IMG/VR virus record: IMGVR_UViG_3300050120_000230
Coordinates: 150,325 to 214,324 of that record
Reading direction: 5' to 3' (one strand)
Length of the DNA stretch: 64,000 nt
From: a virus
The position numbers and the translations under genes are program-made. How positions within the stretch are numbered: position 1 is the first letter of the stretch; every line of letters begins with the position of its first letter. The notes beneath the pieces were generated by a model. That model was not told where the DNA came from. It did not search any database and worked only from the letters and a program-made list of their open reading frames with translations. Shown piece after piece: positions 9,095 through 17,171 of the stretch.

Positions 9095-9364
9095 ATGACT
9101 ACTCCATCTACGATCAACGGCGCCACTGTGACTATTGTCAGGATTGGCAAATCTCTCGTTTCCTTGCAGTCACAAAATCTCGTCACACAACCCGCAAGCG
9201 CCGGGCAGATGTCCTTCCAGATCAATTGCGATTCGAAGCTGCTGATCGCGAACTCGAAGATCACGATTTTCTCTTCGACGTTCGGTGCGAAGATCGACAA
9301 CGTCACCGTCCTCGCCGATCATTTCGGCGCGGGTAGTCACCAGATCACTGGCCACGTCATCTGA
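9095..9364 (+). CDS. small hypothetical protein
   Basis: 89-aa ORF between tRNA genes; weak RBS. Confidence 0.3.
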   Translation: MTTPSTINGATVTIVRIGKSLVSLQSQNLVTQPASAGQMSFQINCDSKLLIANSKITIFSSTFGAKIDNVTVLADHFGAGSHQITGHVI

Positions 9365-9368
9365 ATTG

Positions 9369-9458
9369 AGAATCAGGTGGGACTCGAACCCACGGGGACA
9401 AGCTTCGCTTGTTACGGGGGTAAAAACCCCGCCCTCTCGCCGCTGAGGTGACTGATCC
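9369..9458 (-). tRNA. atypical long tRNA-like gene (90 nt, long variable hairpin ACAAGC-GAA-GCTTGT, anticodon loop TTTTTAC reading TTT); identity uncertain
   Basis: acceptor GGATCAG/CTGATTC, T-arm GTGGG-TTCGAGT-CCCAC, anticodon stem CGGGG/CCCCG; three nt between acceptor and D stem. Confidence 0.45.
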
Positions 9459-9498
9459 ATTTATTGAACATTCGTAGAGATATCAATACTATTGGTTA

Positions 9499-10092
9499 AT
9501 GTTTTGTGAATTTTGTTCTGACTTGATTTCTTCTCGATATGGTTCTGGTCGTTTTTGTTCTTCCAAAAGTGCCAGAGGTTTCAGCACCAAAGCTAGGCGC
9601 GCAGAGATCAATTCCAAGGTCAGCAAGAAATTATCGAATAGACCGTCTGGTCGAACGCTCGATTGCGTGACCATTTCTTTTCTGGCTGACAAACGACGTG
9701 AAAAACTCATGGAACTGCCATGGGAATCAATTGGCCTATACGCCAAAAAATCTCGCGTTCTGGGTGAACAAAATCACCGGTGCAATGGATGCAACCTTGA
9801 TGAATGGCGGGGCCAGCCGTTGGTTTTGGAAATCGAACATAAAGATGGCAATAACCAAAACAACGCCCGAGAAAATCTCGAAGGCTTGTGTCCGAATTGC
9901 CATAGCCAAACGCCAACATGGCGTGGTCGTAACAAGGGTCGATCTAAATCAATCTCAGATCAAGAATTCATCGAACATCTGCAAGCTGCTAGCAGCATTC
10001 ATCGCGCGCTGTTGAGCTTAGGTCTCTCAGCGAAGGGAACGAATTATAACCGTGCGAGAACTCTCATCCAATCACATGGCATTTCTATGTGA
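9499..10092 (+). CDS. HNH endonuclease
   Basis: HNH signature ...CNGCNLDEW...EIEHKDGNNQNNARENLEGLCPNCH; stop abuts tRNA-Lys. Confidence 0.65.
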   Translation: MFCEFCSDLISSRYGSGRFCSSKSARGFSTKARRAEINSKVSKKLSNRPSGRTLDCVTISFLADKRREKLMELPWESIGLYAKKSRVLGEQNHRCNGCNLDEWRGQPLVLEIEHKDGNNQNNARENLEGLCPNCHSQTPTWRGRNKGRSKSISDQEFIEHLQAASSIHRALLSLGLSAKGTNYNRARTLIQSHGISM

Positions 10093-10168
10093 TGGTGAAC
10101 CCCCTCGGATTTGAACCGAGAATCTCCTCCTTAAAAGGGAGTTGCATTAACCGTTATGCTAGGGGTCC
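10093..10168 (-). tRNA. tRNA-Lys (anticodon TTT)
   Basis: GGACCCC acceptor, D GCAT/ATGC, loop CTTTTAA, T-arm CTCGG-TTCAAAT-CCGAG, CCA encoded. Confidence 0.75.
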
Positions 10169-10354
10169 GTTAGAAAGTAGCATTCAGAGGTGAATTCATC
10201 TCGGGATATTCTGTCGCGAGAACAGACCCTTCATATGTTCCCCAGCCAACGAAAGCCAGAACTAAAGCAATGATTGTGGTGCCGAGCGCGATTTTGAATG
10301 TCTTTTGCATAGCAACAATTTATCTCTCTGAGATGTTGCGATGCAATATATTTG

Positions 10355-10438
10355 AGGGCGCGGTGGGACTCGAACCCACGGTGTGCTTACGCAAAAAGAT
10401 TAAGAGTCTTCCCCCTTCGCCGCTCGGGACACGCGCCC
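10355..10438 (-). tRNA. atypical class-II-like tRNA (84 nt; Tyr/Ser-like D-loop GAGCGGCGAA, 15-nt variable arm) whose anticodon loop reads CTCTTAA (CTT); identity uncertain
   Basis: acceptor GGGCGCG/CGCGCCC, T-arm GTGGG-TTCGAGT-CCCAC; anticodon stem AAGA/TCTT. Confidence 0.45.
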
Positions 10439-10442
10439 ATGT

Positions 10443-10517
10443 TGGTGGATCGGGAGAGATTCGAACTCTCGACCTTGGGCTTAAGAGGCCCCTGCACTAC
10501 CGCTGTGCTACCAATCC
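10443..10517 (-). tRNA. tRNA-Lys (anticodon CTT)
   Basis: GGATTGG acceptor, loop CTCTTAA, T-arm GAGAG-TTCGAAT-CTCTC, CCA encoded. Confidence 0.7.
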
Positions 10518-10521
10518 ATTG

Positions 10522-10609
10522 TAGTCCTGCTTGGATTCGAACCAAGATCACGCCCCGATCTGGGACTACGGATTATAAATCCGACGCTCTGCCGTTGAGC
10601 TACAGGACC
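10522..10609 (-). tRNA. atypical long tRNA (88 nt, about 21-nt variable region) with anticodon loop TTTATAA (TAT); Ile-UAU-like or other, uncertain
   Basis: GGTCCTG acceptor, D GCTC-AACGGCA-GAGC, T-arm CTTGG-TTCGAAT-CCAAG. Confidence 0.45.
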
Positions 10610-10667
10610 AAAGGGTCTGCTGTAGCAGCGATATTCGTTTACTCATTTGGTCCTCCTCTTTTTGCTG

Positions 10668-10751
10668 TGCGCTCGGCTGGGCTCGAACCAGCAAGACCTT
10701 CCGGCCGCTCCGTTTTAAGTGGAGTGTGGCTACCAGTTTCACCACGAGCGC
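10668..10751 (-). tRNA. tRNA-Leu (anticodon TAA)
   Basis: class II: 3-bp D stem, loop CTTAAAA, 15-nt variable arm, T-arm GCTGG-TTCGAGC-CCAGC. Confidence 0.7.
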
Positions 10752-10756
10752 ATGAT

Positions 10757-10838
10757 TGGTGCCCCTCCTCGGATTCGAACCGAGATGCTTTCGCGCCAGA
10801 TTTTGAATCTGGTGTGTCTACCGTTCCACCAGAGGGGC
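10757..10838 (-). tRNA. tRNA-Leu (anticodon CAA)
   Basis: loop TTCAAAA, stem CCAGA/TCTGG, 11-nt variable arm (GCGAAAGC), CCA encoded. Confidence 0.75.
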
Positions 10839-10881
10839 ATAGAAACCTGAAGATCACATGGCGTGAACCTCAAGTCCATAT

Positions 10882-10963
10882 TGGTGCGGATGGAGGGAAT
10901 CGAACCCCCACGCTTTCGCAACAGATTCTAAATCTGCCGTGGCTACCGTTACACCACATCCGC
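10882..10963 (-). tRNA. tRNA-Leu (anticodon TAG)
   Basis: loop TTTAGAA, variable TGCGAAAGCGT, T-arm GGGGG-TTCGATT-CCCTC, CCA. Confidence 0.75.
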
Positions 10964-10971
10964 ATTGTAGT

Positions 10972-11058
10972 TGGTGCGAATAGCAGGACTCGAACCTGCA
11001 CGGCCTTTCGGCCACTGACTTCTGAAGCCAGCGCGTCTACCTATTCCGCCATACTCGC
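10972..11058 (-). tRNA. tRNA-Leu (anticodon CAG)
   Basis: D GCGG-AATAGGTAGA-CGCG as in bacterial Leu, loop TTCAGAA, 15-nt variable arm, CCA. Confidence 0.8.
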
Positions 11059-11066
11059 ATTGTATT

Positions 11067-11148
11067 TGGTGCCCAGAACAGGACTCGAACCTGCACGCCG
11101 AAGCAACATCCTCTCAGAATGCCGTGTCTACCGTTTCACCATCTGGGC
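11067..11148 (-). tRNA. tRNA-Leu (anticodon GAG)
   Basis: loop CTGAGAG, variable TGCTTCGGCGT, CCA. Confidence 0.75.
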
Positions 11149-11156
11149 ATTGTAGT

Positions 11157-11232
11157 TGGCACAACCGACTGGGCTCGAACCAGTGGCCTCATCCTTCGGA
11201 GGGATGCGCTCTTCCAACTGAGCTACGGCTGT
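11157..11232 (-). tRNA. tRNA-Arg (anticodon CCG)
   Basis: loop CTCCGAA, stem CATCC/GGATG, A1-U72, CCA. Confidence 0.7.
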
Positions 11233-11244
11233 AAATGATGTGCT

Positions 11245-11321
11245 TGGCAGAGACGACAGGGATCGAACCTGTGACCTCCTGATTCGTAGTCAGGCGCTCG
11301 TTCCGGCTGAGCTACGCCTCT
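11245..11321 (-). tRNA. tRNA-Arg (anticodon ACG)
   Basis: loop CTACGAA, stem CCTGA/TCAGG, T-arm ACAGG-TTCGATC-CCTGT, CCA. Confidence 0.75.
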
Positions 11322-11346
11322 GCAAAGCACATCATCGAAGTGTGTT

Positions 11347-11422
11347 TGGCTGGAACGGAGGGGATCGAACCCACGACCTTCAATTCCGCAAACTGACGCT
11401 CTTCCAACTGAGCTACGTCCCA
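11347..11422 (-). tRNA. tRNA-Arg (anticodon GCG)
   Basis: loop TTGCGGA, stem TCAGT/ATTGA, CCA; T-stem has one U-U mismatch. Confidence 0.65.
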
Positions 11423-11847
11423 GCAAAACACACTTTATCAACGCCCCCGACCCATGGAAAAGCCGGGGGCGCCTATTCATCAACCTCACCGGTGGCGACC
11501 GGCGAAGCCTTGGATTCAATTGTCAAAGATCGGTTAAGGTTGAAGGGAAGAAAGCGAACAAGAAAAAACCCCGGAGGCGGTGGCCCTCGGGGTTCGTGTA
11601 GCTCTGAAGATTTTGGGAAGGCTTTTAGCCGTTACTCCCACCATCACCATGCACACGACTCCCCGAGCCCGCCAACCACTTCAGTCGGAGGGTTTTCAGT
11701 CGGAGAGTGGCGAGGCGCCGGTTCATGGAAAGGTTCAGAGTCCTTGGTGTTGGGTTGCAAACGCAGCAGTTGCCACGTCGTTCAGATTTTATTTATCACC
11801 GATGTGCTGACCATCTGTCAACATTCTTTTTTGTGGTGAACCAAAAA

Positions 11848-12267
11848 TTATCTGATGGCGGCTTCCTTGCCGCCCATTTTGGTGTAGAGCCGCTCGGCCG
11901 TCGCCAAGCTCTCGCGTCGGCTGATGGGCTGATAAGCCCAGTTGCCTTTGTGGTCTTTACTGAACACAACGTAGTAGGGCGACGGCTTTCCATTCCGAGA
12001 CACATTTTCGGCGCGAGCCAGCGCATATCGCCCATCGCTCTTGAGAATAGTCCAGCTTGGGGTCGATTGCATCGTGCTTTCGACGAGGTTCATTAGGTCA
12101 CGCATTCTCATGACGGTATTTAGCGGCTGACCGATCATGACCACACGATCTTGAACAGCAGGCGATCTTCGTCTCGGCTGAAGCAGAAATAGGTCATCCA
12201 AATCGAATGTGATCCGATCAGAGGTGAATCTCTTTTTTTCCGGCGAGTGCAAGAGAAGGCGGCCCAA
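11848..12267 (-). CDS. hypothetical protein
   Basis: 139-aa ORF with protein-like composition. Confidence 0.4.
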   Translation of the reverse strand: MGRLLLHSPEKKRFTSDRITFDLDDLFLLQPRRRSPAVQDRVVMIGQPLNTVMRMRDLMNLVESTMQSTPSWTILKSDGRYALARAENVSRNGKPSPYYVVFSKDHKGNWAYQPISRRESLATAERLYTKMGGKEAAIR

Positions 12268-12590
12268 GGCCCGAAGGCCATCGTCGCCAACATGGGCATT
12301 TCATCCAAAAACCGTTCGTTTTGGAACGTCGGCGTGGCCCATCGATAGTTGAGTTTGTTGTCCCGCACGCATTCAAGCGCCGTTCTGAGATGAATGGGCG
12401 AAGAGTGTGAAACTTCGTAGTCGGTTCTGTTTTTCGCGTGCAGATCGATGTAACCGGAGGGGATCATGGAGAACTCTTGCTCTCCCCCGAAAGATTGTTG
12501 AACGACGCGCACCCAATTTCGTTTCCGCTTCATGAGGTGGGGTAGGCTTTGAGCAGTTCCTCGAACATGTAGCCGAAGCACGAATCCCAC
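12135..12590 (-). CDS. paralog-family protein (C-terminal ...SRDEDRLLFKIVWS); start uncertain
   Basis: family motif at C-terminus; overlaps neighbouring ORF so true start probably internal. Confidence 0.35.
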   Translation of the reverse strand: MGFVLRLHVRGTAQSLPHLMKRKRNWVRVVQQSFGGEQEFSMIPSGYIDLHAKNRTDYEVSHSSPIHLRTALECVRDNKLNYRWATPTFQNERFLDEMPMLATMAFGPWAAFSCTRRKKRDSPLIGSHSIWMTYFCFSRDEDRLLFKIVWS

Positions 12591-12952
12591 GTCTGACCAG
12601 ACGGGCCGACTTCGTTACGAAGAGCTTGTCGAACTGCTCTATCGGCTTCCCAGACGGCGATGTGTGCGAGCGCCTTGGCAAGCGTCGGTTCTTTGCAGGC
12701 GATGGCGATCTGCTCTTGCAAGGGCGTAATGGTCATGACTTCGTCAGCCATTGATGATCCTCTGGATTTCTTCAGGACTCTTATCCTGCCAAAAAGTCCC
12801 GGTCGGGTAGATATATTTTTTGAACATATCGGTAGCCCACGTCCCGCCGGGGTTCAGTAGGTCTTCGGACGTTGCGTTGATGACGCAGTCTGCTGTCGCC
12901 CAAGCTCTAGCCATTGCTTCTTCGTCGGCTGGATCGACGGCCGACACTTGGG

Positions 12953-13861
12953 TCACAGCATGTCAGCCGTGATTTCGAGGGGAAGAAGCTTGGCGATGTA
13001 AGCTTTCTCAAGCTCCAAGGCGACCTGTCCGTGTTCGGTCTTCAACCAACTCGCGGCGCGATGTGCGGCCGAAATGTAGTGTGACACGCCGGGGTCGGCC
13101 TTGGCCTGTTGTTCCAAAAACTCCGGGTCAAGGTGGATGCGTTTGTCGGTGACGATGTTCACGGCCACGCGGTGTAGGCGCTTATCGAAGGTAGTCGTCC
13201 GTTTGATCTTGGTGGCCACGTTTTTGTCGGTGATGTCCCTGACCATATAGGTCGGCGTCGTCAACTCGGCGTTGAAGCCATGCCCGGCGGGGCGGGCGTC
13301 TTTATCGAAGATCGTCTTCCAGACTTCGCCACGATGTTTCCATTCTGCGCTCGGAACGGAACCGGGTCGTTCGTTGTCGTGCCACCAGAAGTGTTTCACG
13401 AGGCCAAGCCGCATGAACTTGTTGATCCACTCGTTGTGTTCGCAGCGAATGATGCCGTAGACGGCGCCGTCATAGGGGATGATGGAAACTTCGAAGTCGA
13501 AATCGTAGTCGGGGTTTCGGTATCCGGTTTTCTTGATCTCGCGTTGTGAATCCATCATCTCTTGATAGACGCCGGACAGCACTCTGGTCGGCATGGGTTT
13601 TTCCCGTGCCAAGGCGTCGTCGATGTTTCTCTGACTGGTGTTCGCGTAGAGATCGAGAATCTTGGCGTGCGTGAGCGCCTTGAGAGTCTCGCGCCATTGG
13701 GCGAGCCCGCGTTCGATCTCGAATATGTTGGTGGTCGTGAACTTCACGCCCCGACCAATGTGCCAGCCCATCTGATTCCACGCCCGCTTGTGATCGCGCG
13801 ACCCTATAGGCCGTAATTTTTTCGTCAACCAGTTTGATCCGCATAAATATCGGACAGTCAT
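12953..13861 (-). CDS. hypothetical protein (302 aa)
   Basis: long ORF, non-repetitive composition. Confidence 0.5.
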   Translation of the reverse strand: MTVRYLCGSNWLTKKLRPIGSRDHKRAWNQMGWHIGRGVKFTTTNIFEIERGLAQWRETLKALTHAKILDLYANTSQRNIDDALAREKPMPTRVLSGVYQEMMDSQREIKKTGYRNPDYDFDFEVSIIPYDGAVYGIIRCEHNEWINKFMRLGLVKHFWWHDNERPGSVPSAEWKHRGEVWKTIFDKDARPAGHGFNAELTTPTYMVRDITDKNVATKIKRTTTFDKRLHRVAVNIVTDKRIHLDPEFLEQQAKADPGVSHYISAAHRAASWLKTEHGQVALELEKAYIAKLLPLEITADML

Positions 13862-13875
13862 TTGTCCGGTGAGTC

Positions 13876-14967
13876 ATGCCTCTTGTTAACAACGTCCGCA
13901 CTACACCCGGCTCGGACGTAAAATTCTTCGCGAACACGACGCCCGATGCAAACTCGGTTGCTAAGGTCGATGCTGTCCCGACTGTTGCTGGACCTCCGGG
14001 TCCGCAAGGTGTTGGCATTCGTTCTATTACGATTTCCGACAGCGATGACCTTCTTTTCACTCTAACTGACAACACCACTATTGACGCAGGTACTCTGCCG
14101 CCCGGTCCCACTGGTCCAACTGGACCTACTGGTGTCACTGGGCCGCCGGGTCCGATTGGTAATATCGGCCCACAGGGTATCAAGGGCGACAAAGGCGACA
14201 CGGGTGCAACCGGCACGGCTGGTATTCCGGGTGTTCAAGGTCCGAAGGGCGACAAAGGCGACACTGGTCTGACGGGTTCCGTTGGCCCGGAAGGCGATCA
14301 CGTCACCAACGCGGTCATCAACGGCTCGAATCACATCATCTTCACGCTGAGCGACAACAGCACTATCGACGCTGGTCTGTTGCCTCCCGGCCCGACCGGC
14401 AACGCAGGCCCCACGGGTCCGCAGGGTCCTCAAGGCGTGGACGTGGCGAACGCGACGATCAACGGTTCGAACCATCTCATCTTCACGCTGTCGAACTCGG
14501 CTGTTATCGATGCCGGTCCTTTGCCGCCCGGCCCCACGGGTGGCATTGGTCCGACTGGACCGGCTGGTCCCGCTGGTCCGCAAGGTAACGCTTCGACGGT
14601 GGCTGGCCCGGCCGGACCCGCAGGCCCGAACTTCGAAACGGTCGTCAATCTCAACACCGCCACCGGAACGGTCACGCTCGATCTTGGCTCGAACAGTTTC
14701 TACAATCTGACCCTCACCGGCAACGTCACCATCGCGTTCTCCAACACGGCGCTGACGACTCGTTCCTATACGGCCGTCGTTTCCATCAAACAGAATTCCA
14801 GCGGTGCGGGAACGTTCACGGTGACGTGGCCGGGAACCTGCAACACGCCGGGCAACGTCGTCTATTCGCAATCGACGGGTCTGGGCGCCACTGACCTCTA
14901 CACCGTGTTCACGATCAACGGCGGGGCGAGCTACTTCCTCAGCCAAATTGGGCAACTGTATTCCTAA
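13876..14967 (+). CDS. collagen-like triple-helix repeat protein, probable tail fibre / structural protein
   Basis: long G-X-Y runs (GPPGPQG..., GPTGPTGPTGVTGPPGPIGNIGPQGIKGDKGDTGATGTAGIPGVQGPKGDKGDTGLTG); preceded by GCATAAATATCGG late-promoter-like motif. Confidence 0.8.
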   Translation: MPLVNNVRTTPGSDVKFFANTTPDANSVAKVDAVPTVAGPPGPQGVGIRSITISDSDDLLFTLTDNTTIDAGTLPPGPTGPTGPTGVTGPPGPIGNIGPQGIKGDKGDTGATGTAGIPGVQGPKGDKGDTGLTGSVGPEGDHVTNAVINGSNHIIFTLSDNSTIDAGLLPPGPTGNAGPTGPQGPQGVDVANATINGSNHLIFTLSNSAVIDAGPLPPGPTGGIGPTGPAGPAGPQGNASTVAGPAGPAGPNFETVVNLNTATGTVTLDLGSNSFYNLTLTGNVTIAFSNTALTTRSYTAVVSIKQNSSGAGTFTVTWPGTCNTPGNVVYSQSTGLGATDLYTVFTINGGASYFLSQIGQLYS

Positions 14968-16214
14968 TGCTCTACCGCTATCTTCGCCCTCTGCCGGTCC
15001 TCGCTACGCCCATTGGTTCGGTGCCTCTACCGTTGACGATGGATCGCGGAGCTTTGAGCACTATTTGGAAAGACGTTCCTACGCCAATCGCTATGCGTTC
15101 GGCTGATGGCACGAAAGTCGTGTTTGGCTCGACAGTGTCGGGAGCCCCGCCGAAGAGCTACATCCAAGGCTACGATTTCACGAACGCTATGGGGACTGTC
15201 TTCTCTACGGCCGGGAACGGCGTGGGTATCCTGATGGACACGCCCGGTGTCACCAACTCAACTGGTTTCCAACCGACCATTCGAAACATCGGCATTAGCC
15301 CGGACGCGCATTACGCGATTGGTATCGCTTCGACGAACGGCAAGATCGGCACCGGCAGCATCGCGGAATACACTTCGATTCAGTATTTCAAGCTGACCAG
15401 TGGTCAATACACGCTTGTCTTCCAGCGTCCGTCTACCAAGAACAAGGACCGGAACCAACTTCTCAATTTCTACGATGCGACGAGCTACACGCAGAACTTG
15501 GAGTTCACGGACGGCACAACAAACGAGGCCCTGCAAAACCTCCTGTTGAGCGACACTGCCTCGCCGACTGTGGTCAATCAGTTCACGACGGCCCTATTCA
15601 TCAAGGTGCTCACCTCATTCACGGTCGGGGGCGATGTCGTTGTCGTCTACACGACCTTGCAGTCCGGCCCGCAGAACACGGCCATCCTATACGATGTCTA
15701 CCGGCCTGCCGCAGGCTCCGTCTTCACGGCTATCGTGCAAGGTGTTCAGTTCCCCGGCTACGACAACACCGTTTGCGCGGCATTGCCGCAGTTCGAAGCC
15801 ATGCCCGGCAACAAGGTCGCCATGTCGTTGACTTGCACGACCATCTCTTTGAACCCGAGCCTGTTCCTCTATCAGTATGATGGAGCCGGTGGTTTCACGG
15901 CTCTGCCCATCGACGTGCCGCTATCTGGTCCGGCACAAGGATCGACGTTCAACAATTACAACCAGAATACGGTCCAGATGTCTTATGGCGTCGGCGCCAG
16001 CAAAAACATTCTGGCGATCAACAATGCGAGTGGCCAATTCCTCTATCGCTACACGGGAACTGGTCTTCAAAAGGTCCCGCACGCTCAATTTTTGCCGAAT
16101 CCGGCAGTCGTGACATATATTTGTGCAGACTACCTCGGCAGGCTTTTTGTCTATTGTAACAACCAGTTCGGCGGCAGCACCGCGACCGGACAACTCTTCG
16201 ATCTCGGGGTCTAA
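14967..16214 (+). CDS. probable fibre/structural protein (415 aa)
   Basis: coupled to the collagen-like gene; Thr/Ser/Gly/Asn-rich beta-rich composition. Confidence 0.55.
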   Translation: MLYRYLRPLPVLATPIGSVPLPLTMDRGALSTIWKDVPTPIAMRSADGTKVVFGSTVSGAPPKSYIQGYDFTNAMGTVFSTAGNGVGILMDTPGVTNSTGFQPTIRNIGISPDAHYAIGIASTNGKIGTGSIAEYTSIQYFKLTSGQYTLVFQRPSTKNKDRNQLLNFYDATSYTQNLEFTDGTTNEALQNLLLSDTASPTVVNQFTTALFIKVLTSFTVGGDVVVVYTTLQSGPQNTAILYDVYRPAAGSVFTAIVQGVQFPGYDNTVCAALPQFEAMPGNKVAMSLTCTTISLNPSLFLYQYDGAGGFTALPIDVPLSGPAQGSTFNNYNQNTVQMSYGVGASKNILAINNASGQFLYRYTGTGLQKVPHAQFLPNPAVVTYICADYLGRLFVYCNNQFGGSTATGQLFDLGV

Positions 16215-16231
16215 CTTTTTTCGGAACATTT

Positions 16232-16270
16232 TTTATTGACGGGCTTTTGGTGCTCTGACATAAATAGGTT
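16232..16270 (+). promoter_or_regulatory. sigma70-like promoter (TTGACG-N17-CATAAAT)
   Basis: TTGACGggcttttggtgctctgaCATAAAT upstream of a small ORF. Confidence 0.35.
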
Positions 16271-16318
16271 TCACAAACGGGGTTCGCCCCGCCAATCGTT
16301 CTAGGAGACTGCTTTTCA

Positions 16319-16462
16319 ATGTCGCTCGTGGCCAACGCCATTTTCGCAACCATTACCACCGCGCCAATCGGCGTGGCGATGGCTGCTGGCGTTGTCGTGG
16401 CCGCCCCGATGTTCCAAAATCAGCCGGTTTTCCAACCCGTGACCGGAGGCCGTATGTCATAA
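16319..16462 (+). CDS. small hydrophobic peptide (47 aa)
   Basis: GGAGA RBS, hydrophobic ORF MSLVANAIFATITTAPIGVAMAAGVVVAAP..., followed by a hairpin + T-run. Confidence 0.4.
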   Translation: MSLVANAIFATITTAPIGVAMAAGVVVAAPMFQNQPVFQPVTGGRMS

Positions 16463-16490
16463 ACTGACCAAACTCAGTTTCAGACATGCG

Positions 16491-16528
16491 AAGCCTCCGA
16501 GGGGAAACCTCCGGGGGCTTTTTTAATG
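16491..16528 (+). terminator. rho-independent terminator
   Basis: GC hairpin (cctccgagg...cctccggggg) followed by TTTTTT. Confidence 0.5.
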
Positions 16529-16567
16529 CCCTGAAACCAAGCCAATACCACCGCACTGCGATTTTGT

Positions 16568-16642
16568 AGTCTCTTAGCTCAGCGGTAGAGCAGCGTCTTG
16601 ATAAGGCGAAGGTCACTGGTTCAATCCCAGTAGGGACTACCA
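16568..16642 (+). tRNA. tRNA-Ile (anticodon GAT)
   Basis: loop TTGATAA, T-arm ACTGG-TTCAATC-CCAGT, CCA; A1-U72. Confidence 0.75.
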
Positions 16643-16657
16643 AATCGCAGGACTTAC

Positions 16658-16732
16658 GGGCGAATAACTCAGCGGTAGAGTGCCTCTTTCACACGGAGGA
16701 AGCCGGGGGTTCGATCCCCTCTTCGCCCACCA
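16658..16732 (+). tRNA. tRNA-Val (anticodon CAC)
   Basis: GGGCGAA acceptor, loop TTCACAC, T-arm GGGGG-TTCGATC-CCCTC, CCA. Confidence 0.7.
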
Positions 16733-16836
16733 CTACTCGATGAGTGACGTAGCTCATCAAGGTCTTTGACATCGTTGATAGCGTGAAATAACGGCCGCTC
16801 CCGTGATCGGGGGCGGCCGACTAAGAAGAGTTTTGC

Positions 16837-16909
16837 TGAGGATTAGTTCAGTTGGTAGAACGCCACACTCTGAATGTGGATGTCCGAGGTTCGAGTCCTT
16901 GATCCTCAG
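16837..16909 (+). tRNA. tRNA-Gln (anticodon CTG)
   Basis: U1-A72 acceptor TGAGGAT/ATCCTCA, D GTTC/GAAC, loop CTCTGAA; no CCA encoded; flanked by inverted repeat gaagagttttgc/gcaaaactcttc. Confidence 0.7.
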
Positions 16910-16966
16910 CAAAACTCTTCTAGTTTTTTCACAAGCGTCCGTCGCAAGACGGCGCCTGTGAACTAA

Positions 16967-17051
16967 TGGGGAATGGTGTAATGGTAACATCCCTGACTTT
17001 GAATCAGGAGACGAGGAGTTTATGTAGGTTCGAGCCCTACTTCCCCAGCCA
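16967..17051 (+). tRNA. tRNA-Gln (anticodon TTG) with unusually long (15-nt) variable region
   Basis: TGGGGAA/TTCCCCA acceptor, loop CTTTGAA, T-arm GTAGG-TTCGAGC-CCTAC, CCA; variable AGACGAGGAGTTTAT. Confidence 0.55.
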
Positions 17052-17073
17052 TATTTTACGCGATGTGTTTTGG

Positions 17074-17151
17074 TGCGGGATGGTAGCAGTCTGGTAGCTC
17101 GTTAGCCTCATAAGCTAAAGGTCAGCGGTTCAAATCCGCTTCCCGCACCCA
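17074..17151 (+). tRNA. tRNA-Met (anticodon CAT; elongator-type or Ile2-lysidine)
   Basis: fMet-like body (AGTCTGGTA D-loop, CTCATAA loop, T-arm AGCGG-TTCAAAT-CCGCT) but U1-A72 paired; CCA encoded. Confidence 0.7.
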
Positions 17152-17171
17152 AACACATCGCGAACCTTTGA

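Noticed and set aside
10352-11155. 267-aa plus-strand ORF and other ORFs spanning the tRNA array (10270..10524, 10639..10857, 11223..11519, 11240..11839)
   Set aside because: They run straight through a tandem array of well-folded tRNA genes and have Pro/Arg/Ser-rich low-complexity translations.
12373-12956. Small overlapping minus-strand ORFs 12373..12681, 12530..12751, 12744..12956
   Set aside because: Mutually overlapping short frames with no RBS; at most one is real and I could not decide which.
14062-14955. 297-aa minus-strand ORF antisense to the collagen-like gene
   Set aside because: Arg/Ser/Thr-rich translation produced by the reverse complement of GGN-rich G-X-Y codons.
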